A DNA stretch of 63,130 nucleotides, counting the filler, from Octopus bimaculoides (lineage: Eukaryota), in the NCBI RefSeq assembly GCF_001194135.2. It is 5 parts of 5 records of this genome, joined end to end, with 100 filler letters (N's around TTAATTAATTAA, not from the genome) between each part and the next. Parts side by side here need not be neighbours in the genome. Positions count along the whole stretch, not along the records: positions 1 to 28,288 come from NC_068995.1; positions 28,389 to 49,292 come from NC_069010.1; 3 more parts are not named here. One strand, 5' to 3'. Position numbers and translations under genes: made by a program. How positions within the stretch are numbered: the stretch's first letter is position 1; every line of letters begins with the position of its first letter. Below are positions 26,554-39,288 of the stretch, piece after piece. Below the pieces are notes generated by a model. That model made no database searches. It was not told where the DNA came from and saw nothing but the letters and a program-made list of their open reading frames with translations.

Positions 26554-28332
26554 ACATTAACAACGACAACAAGAGGACTCAGAGATTTTGGATTTTATGC
26601 AGGGTCGAAGTTGGAAACAAAAACAGGACAGTGGAGACATTGAAAGAAACCGAACGAAAACAAATAAATCGTTGGATCAGAACGTGAGGAAAGATAGTGA
26701 AAGGTGGAAGGAATATTTTCTTTAAAAAGAGAAAGGATACAAGAGAGAGACAGATTTACTCGCCTTAGAACGTCCGTCAAGGAAAAGAAAGATGGACGAT
26801 GGTCACGTGTGAGCAAAAGCAGATAGAAAACGAGAAGGACGGGGAGACAGAAAAAGACAGATAGAAAACAGTGAAGTGGAGAAAAAAAGGAATTAGAGAA
26901 GGATCGGTGATGAAACAGTACAGAGTAGCGTCGCATCATAAATGTTAAGACAAACTTACTTGGAAATGGATGCGTGGCCTTCAATTAAATAATATAAACA
27001 TTNNNNNNNNNNNNNNNNNNNNNNNNNNNNNNNNNNNNNNNNNNNNNNNNNNNNNNNNNNNNNNNNNNNNNNNNNNNNNNNNNNNNNNNNNNNNNNNNNN
27101 NNNNNNNNNNNNNNNNNNNNNNNNNNNNNNNNNNNNNNNNNNNNNNNNNNNNNNNNNNNNNNNNNNNNNNNNNNNNNNNNNNNNNNNNNNNNNNNNNNNN
27201 NNNNNNNNNNNNNNNNNNNNNNNNNNNNNNNNNNNNNNNNNNNNNNNNNNNNNNNNNNNNNNNNNNNNNNNNNNNNNNNNNNNNNNNNNNNNNNNNNNNN
27301 NNNNNNNNNNNNNNNNNNNNNNNNNNNNNNNNNNNNNNNNNNNNNNNNNNNNNNNNNNNNNNNNNNNNNNNNNNNNNNNNNNNNNNNNNNNNNNNNNNNN
27401 NNNNNNNNNNNNNNNNATATATATATATATATATATACATGCGTAAATTTTATCTCCGTGTTTCCAGACGTTCGGTAATGGCTTAATATACAGTCAGGTT
27501 TATTATGCATACGATGGAAACCATTTTATTGATACGAAGTATATTTCCATCTGTAAGTTACATAGAAGATGGACGTATTCTGAACATAAAACAAATAATA
27601 TATAACATTAACTGATAAAGTAACTATATCTACGACAGAAAGAGGGGGAAAAAAGCACAAAGATTCCTCTCATTGATAGCCTATAAAATATTTCCTATAA
27701 TATATAACATTTATTCAAAGATATACTAGAAGTATATTCATATTTGCTGAACCTTCATGAATGTTGCAATGAAATAATAAACTAGAGACGTTAATAAACA
27801 TCTGATTGAATGTGTATATATTAACTTATGACTTCCACTTCGTTTATCATGATTTTGTCAAAAACCACCGAACAACTAACGAATATAATATATATATTTT
27901 TGCCTAACCATGATATATCGGCATTCTCTGATTTACGCTCTGTTTCTTTGGAGAGGTAGGTTATAAAACCGTTACCATTATTATGATAACATATATTTTA
28001 GAAGATTGTCTTTATTTAACATTTAGATTTCCTTTCTACCCAACCCTGACTCCTTTCTACATTCAAAACTTATATCTTAAAACAGAGAGAAGTGTGTGCA
28101 CACACGCTTATTTTAAAGAAATTGCTATCTGTACATGTAAGTGTTCCTGTATTCGTCTGTGTATGTAGATGGTTTGTATAAAATATGTTAACATTCTCAG
28201 TAGATTGAAAGAGATAGTGAAAAGATTTAGGCTCTGCCTGTATGTATTTAGTCTGCCTGTCTATCTCTCTCTCTCTCTCTCTCTCTCTNNNNNNNNNNNN
28301 NNNNNNNNNNNNNNNNNNNNNNNNNNNNNNNN

Positions 28333-28344
28333 TTAATTAATTAA
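28333..28344. other. Artificial six-frame-stop gap linker TTAATTAATTAA (also at 49337-49348, 57935-57946 and 61751-61762)
   Basis: An identical 12-mer centred in N-runs. At this site it has 44 N on each side, making a 100-bp gap. Confidence 0.95.
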
Positions 28345-28560
28345 NNNNNNNNNNNNNNNNNNNNNNNNNNNNNNNNNNNNNNNNNNNNACTACTACTACG
28401 ACAAGTAGTAGTAGTAGTAGTAGCAGGAGATGAAGAAGGACAGAAAGGACCAGATGAAAAATAAGAAGAAAAAGAAGCCCAGGAAGTAGAAAGAGGAATA
28501 GGTGGAAGAGGTGGAAGGAGAGAAAGGAAATTGGTGTAGTAGTAGTAGAATGAGAAGAGA

Positions 28561-28659
<99 letters not shown>

Positions 28660-29465
28660 AAGAAGAAGAAGAAGAAGAAGAAGAAGAAGAAGAAGAAGAA
28701 GAAGAAGAAGACATGTTCAAAAAGCAGATTATATAGAAGGTTAAAACAGAAATTAATTAAAGAAATCACAACGAACAATTCAAAGTTTCAGAACGGAATT
28801 TGGAAGAGAACAAATTGCAAAAGAAAAAACATATGCACGCTGCTAGATGCACACATATGCACACACACACTTGTGCACATATGCATGTACTGTCATGCAC
28901 ACATGCATATAATATGATAGAATTATACAGTTACAACCACACACTCACATTCACACATCCAAATATTCTCACACGCAAATATGATGTGAGAGAATATTAG
29001 TTTAAAAGGGAGAAATCGCGAGAAGTAGAAGGATGAGAACACATGAAATATTTATAAATATATCATCTGTGAAATATTATATTGGAAATTGATGCAAACC
29101 TATGAGTGTTGGAAGCTGGTTTACAAAGAAAAAGAAATATGTGACTATATTCTAAGTCTTAACATTTTACACTTCTCCGTCTACAAACTGCTGTATGAGA
29201 TAAATAAGCTAAAGGGAATGAAGAAATCGGAGATGAATAGAAGTAATCGGACGAAGAGAAGACGGAAGAATACTACACGCAGTAGAAAAAGAAAGAGAAG
29301 ACGAAAAACATATGAAAACAAGTTGTTTAGTAACATATACACTCAGTGACTCACATATACATGAACTCATGCACATACATTACCATTAATAAGTTTTGAT
29401 GCAGACATATATAATATCTCAGTCGTATTCGTTTTCATTAACAATGTAAATAATATAATGCCAAT

Positions 29466-31150
29466 ATGGAGAATTACTACGCCACTATTAGCCCGAGCGA
29501 CCCCAATGAATCCCTGATATATAGTTTGAAATACTTAGATATATCCCGACGCGAAATAGGTATAATATTTGCGTCCGATTCTGATGATATATTATGGAAT
29601 AGATCTAATAGAGAGAATGTCTTCGGTACAGCGATGGGATCATCACATATGCACAAGTCACACACTCCGTTGCAATATATATCCTTTTGTTAATTGTGTC
29701 TTCCTTTTCGGAAATCACAAGAGGTTTATATAGAGACGACGCTCTAATCCTCCTGAACAGAAGTAATAAAGTACGACTAGAAAGGCATTGGAAACGATAT
29801 TTAGACTTTTTAAGTAATTAGGACATGGCATTACTATAAAAAGTGATTACCATAGAGTGAATTTCTTTTACGCTACCTTGTTTTGATAGTGGATTAGTTG
29901 AACCCTTTCATAAAACCAAATGATAATATCAATATCAAGTATATAAATGTGGCATCCAATCATCCACCCTTAATTATACGGGTATTAGTTAAGAGTATTT
30001 CAATATGAATATCTAAGTTATCTGCTTTTTGAATTACATGCACCATGTTGCAATACTGCTTTAGCTAGGACTGGATACTGGGGGAAAATTCAATACATAC
30101 AAGACATAGTGATATGTAACCCTGCCAATACTTCTGTAATAATAATAATACACATTGCACACCAACACAAAGTTACTGATTCAGAAATAGAATAAAGGCC
30201 CGGAAGAATTGGTCAAGGCAATAAACTACAAATCAAATCCCATAGACACATACAACACAATCATTCTACTACTCGTGACATAATAAATTGTCCCACCCTT
30301 GTACAACACACCAGAACAAATAAGTCAAACAACGAATAGTAGAATCCTGATGTCCTCTGGTACAACGCAATTGACGGTTCGCATGTTTCAACGAAAATCG
30401 TTAGGGAATATTTTGACGCTTTATATAAAAGTTTCCCAAAATCAAACAGATACCATGCTATTTCTAATAGACACACAGTGAAGGTTTCATGTGTTAATTC
30501 TATTAATTTAGAGCAGCATATGCAACGCATTATTAAGAGTAAAATAAACAACAGTTCATTAATCCAGTACTGGAACTAGCAAATATGTACTTCAAAATAC
30601 AAAAAAAAGGAAATGTAGATCGCAATGAAAAACACCCGATACGGCAACATCATGATAGTAGCAATAATAGTGATATAGCTAGCACAGTGACAACGTCGGA
30701 AAATGAAGTCGGAATTACCATACATACAACTGAATATTATAAATGTTCATCCAGAGTAATATCAAGGTGCCTATTCATAAACCTTTCTATAAGTATAAAT
30801 CCTGTATATAAATGTACCCTACACACAAAAGGAGGACCGTAGTGTTTATGTTGGCGCAACGGTTGATTCATTCAAGTATCGTTATCACAACCATGTCTAC
30901 TGATCAAATTGCATTTGCTACGAGGTTATTTTGATTAAAAAAATGCACGTTGTGAACAGGAGATGAATTGGATTTTTACTAGTATATACGTGCAAATGTA
31001 TGTATATTGGTCGTGGGACTAGGATGTCCTTATGGTTATATATAAATATTTGTGAGTATATGCTTTCACATATTGTACTGAAGATAACAAGGGGTTTTCA
31101 TAACGCTAAGGTTGGAATTGTTCGATATACAATTAATCGAAAAGTCTTAT
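29466..31150 (+). mobile_element. Penelope-like element relic: RT plus C-terminal GIY-YIG endonuclease
   Basis: Motifs in order: ENYYATIS...FGTAMGS; GLYRDDAL (about 29722); PFIKPNDNINIKYINVASNHPPLII; NPDVLWYNAIDGSHVSTKIVREYF...ISNRHTVKVS; VYKCTL...VYVGAT...FKYRYHNH. Multiple stops and frameshifts. Confidence 0.88.
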
Positions 31151-31524
31151 TTATTTTTCATCTGCCCGATTACAACCGGTGCTAATGGAATAGTGAGGTG
31201 GTTTTAGTGCCATCTAGCATTTGTTTCTAGCGTGTAAATGTGCTAAATTCTCACATTATTATCTATATAATTATAAATTTAACATGTGTCTATNNNNNNN
31301 NNNACTTGTGTAAAATAATTCATTTAATAGCATAATTTAGTTAACAAATATGATTTTCTTACACATACAGAGACATATCAACATATACAAACATAGACTT
31401 ACACACACAGAAATACAAAGTTACATATTCACAGAACGATTATACTTAATGTCGGAAAGAGAAAGGGAGAAATACAAAGTGAGAAAAAGCAGATATATTA
31501 TTCCGAAATATATTACGTTAATAA

Positions 31525-33296
31525 ATCATCATCATCATCATCGTTTAACGCCCGCTTTCCATGCTAGCATGGGTTGGACAATTTGACTGAGGACTGGTGA
31601 ACCAGATGGCTACACCAGGATCCAGTCAGATTTTGCAGAGTTTCTACAGCTGGATGCTCTTCTAAACGCCAACCACTCCGAGAGTGTAGTGGGTGCTATT
31701 ACGTTCCACCCGCACGAAGGCCAGTCAGGAGGAACTGGCAATGGCCACGTTCGAAATGGTGTATTTTACGTGCCACCTGCACAAGGCCCAGTCCAGCGGT
31801 ACTGGCAACGGAATCGCTCGAATGTCTTTTCATGTGCCACTGGCACAAGTGCCAGGAAGGCGACGTTGGTAACGGTCACGCTCAAATGGTGCTATTTACG
31901 TGCCACCAGCACGAAAGCCAGACAGCGGTGCTCTGGCAACGATCATGCCCGGACGGTGCTCTTAGTGATTTACTGGTACAGGTGCCATCACGATTTCGCT
32001 TTCGCTTGCCCCAACAGGTCTTCGCAAACCGAGTTTAGTGTCCAAAGAAGGAATGTTACGCATAAGTGGGCTGGCTACATCCCTGGCAGAGGCCTTGGAT
32101 TTTGGTCTCACTTGGCTTGCCGGGTCTTCTCACGCACAGCATATTTCCAAAGGTCTCGGTCAGAAGTCATTTCCTCGGTAAGGCTTAATGTTCGGAGGTC
32201 GTGCTTTATCACCTCACGCCAGGTCTTCCTGGGCCTGCCTCTTCCACGGGTTTCCTCAACTGCTAGGGTGTGGCACATTTTCACACAGCTATCCTCATCC
32301 ATTCTCGCCACATGTCCATACCAGCGCAATCGTCTCTCTTGCACACCACAACTGATGCTTCTTAGGTTCAACTTTTCTCTCAAGACACTTACACTCTGTC
32401 GGGTATGCACATTGACATTACTCATTCGTCGGAGCATACTGGCTTCATTCATTGTGAGCTTTCGCATGTCTTCAGCAGTTACGGCCCATGTTTCACTGCC
32501 ATGTAGCATGGCTGTTCGTACACATGCGTCATACGGTCTGCCTTTTACTCTGAGCGAGAGGCCCTTTGTCGCCAGCAGAGGTAAGAGCTCTTTGAACTTT
32601 GTCCTGTCTATTCTTATTCTAGCAGTTACACTTTCAGCGCACCCACCCTCACTACAAACTTGGTCACCCAGATATTGGAAGCTATCAACTACGTTCAGTT
32701 TTTCTCCCTGGAATGTGACAGAAGTTGTTTTCTGCACATTTTCAGTGTTTATTGCTCCTGAACATCTGCCACATACAAAAACTAACTTCTTAGTTAACCT
32801 GCCTTTGATATTGCTGCACCTCTTATATGTCCATAGCTTGCACTGGGTACATCTTATAGAGTTTCTACCTACACCTTTTCTACAGATCGAGCAGGGCCAT
32901 CTACCTGAAGGGGTTTGTATTTTGTCTACTCTCCTACTTATTAGAACTTTGGTTTTAGCTAAGTTTACTCTAAGGCCCTTCGATTCTAGTCCCTGCTTCC
33001 ACACCTTAAACTTCTCCTCTAGTTGTGATAGTGATTCTGATTCAGCAATTAGTGCAAGGTCATCAGCATAGAGGAGCTCCCAGGGGCATCCTGTCTTGAA
33101 TTCCTCTGTTATCGCCTGGGGGACTATAATAAATAGGAGGGGGCTGAGGACTGAACCTTGGTGGACCCCTACTTCTACCCGGAATTCATCACTGTACTCA
33201 TTGCCAACCTTCACCTTACTGACAGCGTCTCCGTACATCTCTCGCACAGCTCTCACTAACCATTCTTCTATCTCTAGATTCCTCATTGACCACCAG
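31525..33296 (-). mobile_element. 5'-truncated RTE-clade LINE with (GAT)n tail
   Basis: Open ORF 32108-33319 with GVHQGSVLSPLLF and ELLYADDLAL RT motifs and a Cys-rich CSIC...CTQC...CGRC insert, followed by an about 570-bp 3' UTR and a (GAT)n tail at 31525-31542. Confidence 0.97.
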
Positions 33297-33323
33297 AAAA
33301 GGGAGCAAAAACATACCACTTAC

Positions 33324-33395
33324 AATAACTGTAAATTGGTAAGATTGTAGAAGATTCCGGGATCGATTTTCTCAATAGTATTATTGTTCAAATAT
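33324..33395 (-). CDS. LRR exon E (72 bp, phase 2-2)
   Basis: ttgcag|a...tt|gtaagt; YLNNNTIEKIDPGIFYNLTNLQLL. Confidence 0.9.
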
Positions 33396-33479
33396 CTGCA
33401 ATATAAAACAATGAATAATGGAAAGAGTAAATTAAAGTTGTCTGATGAAATATTCAGCCTTCAATCATAAAATCAGGTG

Positions 33480-36400
33480 AAGGACATAGGAGAATGAAAG
33501 AGGAGACACTAAAGTTGATGATGATGATGAAAGAGGTGATACACAATCAGAAACTGATCGTAATATCGGAGATGGTGAACGGAAAATCAAGAAAAAAAAA
33601 GCAGAAGAAAAGAAGAAGAAAAGGAAGAAGAAAAATAGGGGAAAACAAATGGAAAGCCAAGGAGAACAAGACAAAAAAGAAGGAAAATGGTAAGGAGGAA
33701 GAAGAAAAAACGAAGAAAATGAAGGTGAAAAAGATGATTATAAAGGAGAAGTGGAAAACGAAAAAGAAAAGAAAAAGAAGAAAGAGATGAAAAAGAAAGA
33801 AATGAAAAAGATGGAGAGGGAAAACAAGAAACGAAAGAATATGAACAAGAAAAAGAATAGAAAAAGAAAAGAGGAAAAAGAAGCAGAAAACAAAACGAAA
33901 AAGAACAAGGAAAAGAAGAGAAAGAAAATGAGTGGATTACAGGGCTCGAATGAAAGGAAAGAATCATCTTAGAGAATCAGATGAAAAGGAAGACGAAGAA
34001 GAGGAGGAGGAGGAGAATGAAGAAGAAGAAGAAGAAGAAGAAGAAGAAGAAGAAGAAGAAGAAGAAGAAGAAGAAGAAGAAGAAGAATCAATACCAGGGA
34101 TATAGTGCCAATATGGTTACAGAATATGAGTCACAATGATAAAAACCACTGAAAAAAGAAAATCTATGTTAAATAGGAGAAATAAAATAAGACCTATGAA
34201 AATTTCCCAGAATGAAATCTTAAACGCGTAAGAAGCTTTCTATCAATCAATCTAAAACTGCCTTCCACTCTTGAATATTGATAAAATAGAAAATATAGAT
34301 CGTACACTATACAACGTTAATAGTACTCTCTATTGAAAGTGACTTATGGGTTTTCATCTCCTCTTCTCACTTCTGTTCTCTCCATTTTCTATCCTGCATT
34401 GTTTAGAAAAAAAGAATATAAAGTTAATTTATATAGTTCCTAATTGTTTTAAATGACTGTGGTTTTATTACAAGTTGATAATTTCCCCCATCAAAAAAAA
34501 ATAATAATAAATGAATTCCGAATTCATCTGTATCTACTTGCAAGAAAAAGAAAATAAGAAAAAAATGAATAATACGGAAGCATAACAAAATATGTAAAAA
34601 CATTCTCCCTCACAGTCATTCTCTCCCCTTTTAGGGAGATATCTCCCACACTTTTATTTCCTAGCAAACACTGTTGCACGTTGCCTCTAACACTACAAGC
34701 AACCACATACTCCAGCGGTGACCACCAGTCAAATTTCACACGTATACAGTCATATTATTTTCCAACAAAATTGAGCCAACTTACAATATCTGTAGTCTAG
34801 GAAGGGCGTGAAAGCCTCCTTCTTCAATACTCGAAATATTATTGCTGTAAAGATATCTGTAGAAGTAAAGAACAACGAGAGAAGTTATAGAAAATATTTG
34901 NNNNNNNNNNNNNNNNNNNNNNNNNNNNNNNNNNNNAAGAAGGACAAGAACAAGAAGGCGAAGAGAAAAGAAGTCAGTGAAGAAAACAAGGAGGAAGTAA
35001 AGAAGAAGATGAAGAAATAGAAGGAAAAAGAAAAAGAACAAAAAGTATATGTTCAACGAGAAGACAAAGAAGAAGGAAATGTGTAACAACAAGTCCAAAT
35101 AAACAAGAAGACAAAAGAAAAGACAATGAAGATGAAAAAACACGAAGGAGAAAAAGAACCAGAAAAAGAAGCAGTAAAATAGTTTTAAAAACGAAGGAAA
35201 ATTAGGAGAATAAAATGGAAGGAAAAGAAGAAAAAGGAGAAGAAATACAAGGCGAAGAAGAAACGGAAGTAGATGAAAAACAAGAAGATGAAGGTAGAGG
35301 TAGAGGCAAAAGAAACATAAGATGTAGAACAATAAGATAATGGTAATCATGACGATAATGAAGCAGGTGAACAGGGAAAGAGAAAAGAAAGAAAAGAAAG
35401 TTATGAAAAAAACAAGAGCGAAAAGCAGATGGAGGGACACAACAAGAAAGTCAATAAGATGAAGAAGAACTGCAAGAAAAAAAAAGAAAAAGAGAATCAA
35501 AAAGAAGAAAAAGGAGAGACGTAGTTGAAAAAAACAAGAAGTAGAAAAACAATAGAAAATGGATTACAGAAAAGATATAGAAGAAAAAGGACTATTATAA
35601 GAACAACAGCAACTCGAAGGAGGAGGAGAGGAGAAGAAGAAGAAGAAGAAGAAGAAGAAGAAGAAGAAGAAGAAGAAGAAGAAGAAGAAGAAGAAGAAGA
35701 GGAGGAAGAAGAAGAAGAAGAAGAAGAAGAAGAAGAAGAAGAAGAAGAAGAAGAAGAAGATGAAGAGGAGGAAAGAAGAAGACCAAGTAAAAGAAGTGAA
35801 GAAACGGACAAAGGAGAATTACACAAAGAACACGAAGAAAAGTAAAAAGCAGATGAAGACGAATCAAGAGAAAGAAGAGGAAGGGGAAAAGAAGAGTAAA
35901 AACAAGATTAAGGTAAAAATGAAGAAGAACAGAAGGAGTGAAGAAAAGATGAAGTAGGAGTAGAATAAAGAGACCAAGAAGTGCAAGATGAAGAAGAAAG
36001 AAGAAGAAGAAAAATAGGTAGAAAAGAATGATTTGAAGAAGGAGGAGTAGGAGGATCAGAAGAAGAAGAAGAAGAAGAAGAAGAAGAAGAAGACGACGAA
36101 GGTGAAAGAATAAACACAAAATGAAGAAAAAGATGAAGACGGTAAAAAGAAGACGGTAAAAAGAAGCAGAATGTGAAAACGAAGTAGAAGTGTAAGAAGA
36201 AAATGAAGAGGAACAACAACTAGGGAGAGACAAAAGGTTGAAGAAGAAGAAGAAGAAGAAGAAGACGGGGAGGAAGAAGATAATGAAGTAGAAGGGGAGG
36301 AAGAGGAAGAATAAGATCAAGTGGGATAAAGACATGAAGAAGTAGAAAAAAGAAGAGAAAAAGAAGAAATAGAAAATGTAAAAGGGAAGTAGGTAAAAAT

Positions 36401-37007
36401 CATGAACATACAGAACAACTACAACAAAGACAACAACATCGAGGAAAACCACAATAGCAACGAGAACAAGACCACAACAAAATACATAGCATTAAAAGAC
36501 GAGCAGCAAAAGGCAGAAGAAGATGAAGAAGATGAGGAGGAAGGAGAAAAAGAAAACGAACAAGAAGCAGAAAAAAGAAAAGTAGAAGAAAAAACAAGAT
36601 GTAAAAAGAAGAATGTGAAAAAAGAAACAGATGAAGAGGATGATGATGATGATGGTGAAGTGGATTAAAAGGGTACAATGAAAAAGAGAAATACATGGTA
36701 CAGTAGCAGATGAAAAGGAAGAAGTGACGGAAATAAAGAAAACGTGGAAGAACAAGAACAAGAAAAGATATAGAAGAAAAAGGAGAAGAAAATAAAGAAG
36801 AAGAAGAAGAAGAAGAAGAAGAAGAAGAAGAAGAAGAAGGAGGAGGAGGAGGAGAAGAAGGAGGAGGAGAGGAGGAGGAGGAGAAGAAGAAGAAGAAGGA
36901 GGAGGAGGAGAAGAAGAAAACGAAGAGGAAGAAGGAAAGTAGGAAAAAGAAATGAAAGAAAAAATAAGTCAAAGAAATATATGAAGTAAAAGAAACAGAT
37001 GAAGAGG

Positions 37008-37047
<40 letters not shown>

Positions 37048-37320
37048 TGATGATGATGATGAAGGAGAAGAAGGTGTAGAAGAGAAAGGAAAAGAAGAAA
37101 TGGCGAAAGAGATGAAAAAGAGGAGGAATATGAAGTAGTGGGAAAAGAATAAAGAAGAGGTAGAACGAGAGGAAGAACGAAAGGAAGAAGTGGAAAAAAA
37201 ATTATTAGAACAGGAGAACAATGGAGACGAAGAAGAAGGGGAAGAAATCGAAGATGATGAAATAGAAATAGAGGAAGAAGAAGAAGAATGTGGAATAAAT
37301 ATCAAATATTGAGAAGTGCA
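33480..37320. repeat. Long purine-rich (GAA/GAG/GAC/GAT)n low-complexity intronic tracts, interrupted by exon D
   Basis: The plus strand is strongly G/A-biased, with pure (GAA)n runs at about 34020-34085 and 35635-35760. The mirror-image CT-rich tract lies at 46489-48060. Confidence 0.95.
34785..34856 (-). CDS. LRR exon D (72 bp, phase 2-2)
   Basis: cttctacag|a...tt|gtaagt; YLYSNNISSIEEGGFHALPRLQIL. Confidence 0.9.
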
Positions 37321-37864
37321 TCAGAAATGAAATATGAGTGAAATGAATCAAATTGCAAGTGCTGTAAGCTGATGACGTTTACAAAGAGAAACGAATAGGT
37401 GACTATATTATAAGTACTTATATAATTGACATCCATGTACATAGGTTATATTAGATTTAAAAAATGAAATGAATAAAGAAATTAGAGATAAATAGAAAAA
37501 TTTGGAGGAAGAGAAGACAGTATACAACTCGAGGAAAAACAAAATTCAAGACGGAAATGAATAATGAAAGAGGAGGTAAAACATAGATACAAATTTTATA
37601 GTCAATTATATATACATATATACATATATATACATATGAACATATATATACAACATTTCTATTAATATGTTTTACATGTTTTGATGCAAACATGTAAAAT
37701 CCCAGTTGTACTCTTCCTCATACACAATCAAAACAATATGACTCAAATATATGGAAAAAAATGAGTAAAAGTCCAAAGAATAGGGCATGAAAGAGAAACG
37801 AGATTATATTAAATTTATAGCAATATTATTTTCGTAAAATATAAACAAAAGTAAATGAACTTAC

Positions 37865-37936
37865 AATTGCTCTAAACTTGGAAGATCTTGGAATATCCCT
37901 TTTTCTATATGCGGAATATTATTTAGATGAATAGAT
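37865..37936 (-). CDS. LRR exon C (72 bp, phase 2-2)
   Basis: ctatag|a...tt|gtaagt; SIHLNNIPHIEKGIFQDLPSLEQL. Confidence 0.88.
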
Positions 37937-38009
37937 CTATAGTAGACAAGAAATACAATAAATATTGATATACAAAATATTTGCAATGTAATAATTGTTT
38001 CAAACGTTT

Positions 38010-38208
38010 CTACAAGGGCAACCTTTTGGGTAGAGCGAATGTGTCGATTACATCAACCCAAGTGTTCGACTGGTACTTAGTTAATCGACCCAGGAAGGGC
38101 GAAAGGCAAAGCCGCCTTAGCGGAGTTTGAACTCAGAACGTGGGGATGGGTGAAATACCGCGAAGTATTTCCTCCAGCGTGCTAGCGATTCTGCCAGTTC
38201 ACCTCCTT
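38010..38208 (-). mobile_element. SINE-like repeat family A, intronic
   Basis: ctggtacttagttaatcgacccaggaagggcgaaaggcaaagccgccttagcggagtttgaactcagaacg...gattctgccagttcacc. Confidence 0.8.
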
Positions 38209-39216
38209 AAAGAAGAAGAAGAAGAAGAAGAAGAAGAAGAAGAAGAAGAAGAAGAAGNNNNNNNNNNNNNNNNNNNNNNNNNNNNNNNNNNNNNNNNNNN
38301 NNNNNNNNNNNNNNNNNNNNNNNNNNNNNNNNNNNNNNNNNNNNNNNNNNNNNNNNNNNNNNNNNNNNNNNNNNNNNNNNNNNNNNNNNNNNNNNNNNNN
38401 NNNNNNNNNNNNNNNNNNNNNNNNNNNNNNNNNNNNNNNNNNNNNNNNNNNNNNNNNNNNNNNNNNNNNNNNNNNNNNNNNNNNNNNNNNNNNNNNNTAA
38501 ACACAGAGGCATACCGCCAGATTCTCTCATGTGCACATAGTCTTGCGCATATATGCATATACAGTGATGCACACATACACTTATGCATAGAGGATGATAG
38601 TATTGTGCAGTTGCACCCATATTTACACTCATATTCCCACATTCAATCACATTCAAGCGGAAATATGACAAGAGGAAATATTAGTTTCAACGGGAGGGTG
38701 CGAGAGAAGGAAAATAAGAGCTCATTAAATATTTATAAATATATCATCAGCGGAAGAGTATGTTGGAAATTGATGAAAATTACCAGTACACGATGCTGGC
38801 ATCGTTTTGAAAGAAATATGTGAGTGTATTCTAAGTATTTACATTTTCACACATTCCATCTACATGCTGTAACAGAAAAATAACCTGAAGTGAATGAAGA
38901 AGTGGGAGATGAATAGAAGTAATCAGTGGATGAGAAGACGGAAGAGAAAAAACCGTAGGAAAGGAAGAAATAAAGCATATAATTACATATACATGCAGCC
39001 ACTAACATACAAATGTGCATACACACACATTACCATTAATAAGTTTTGATGCAGACATATATAATATCCCAGTCGTACTCGTGTCTTCAGAAACAATGAA
39101 ACAGATATAGGGACAGAATATGAGTCAGAAAAATAAAAAGAGGGAAGGAAAGAGAAACGAAACGACAACAGCAATAAGATTCATAATACAGTATCAACAA
39201 AAACGAACGAACTTAC

Positions 39217-39288
39217 AATAGCTGTAATCTAGGAAGACCCTGGAAACTTCCTTGTTCAATACTGGAAATATTATTTCCGTTTAAATAT
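39217..39288 (-). CDS. LRR exon B (72 bp, phase 2-2)
   Basis: tttatttctgcag|a...tt|gtaagt; YLNGNNISSIEQGSFQGLPRLQLL. Confidence 0.9.

Noticed and set aside
29477-29665. Cys-rich minus-strand ORF resembling an LRR cap, and an LKYLDIS motif on the plus strand
   Set aside because: Explained by the Penelope RT frame on the plus strand.
31689-33071. 460-aa plus-strand ORF
   Set aside because: Antisense shadow of the RTE reverse transcriptase and its 3' UTR.
33465-37305. Poly-E/K/S/L/F ORFs
   Set aside because: Translations of GAA/GAG low-complexity intron tracts with no domain content. Only the embedded 72-bp exon is credible.
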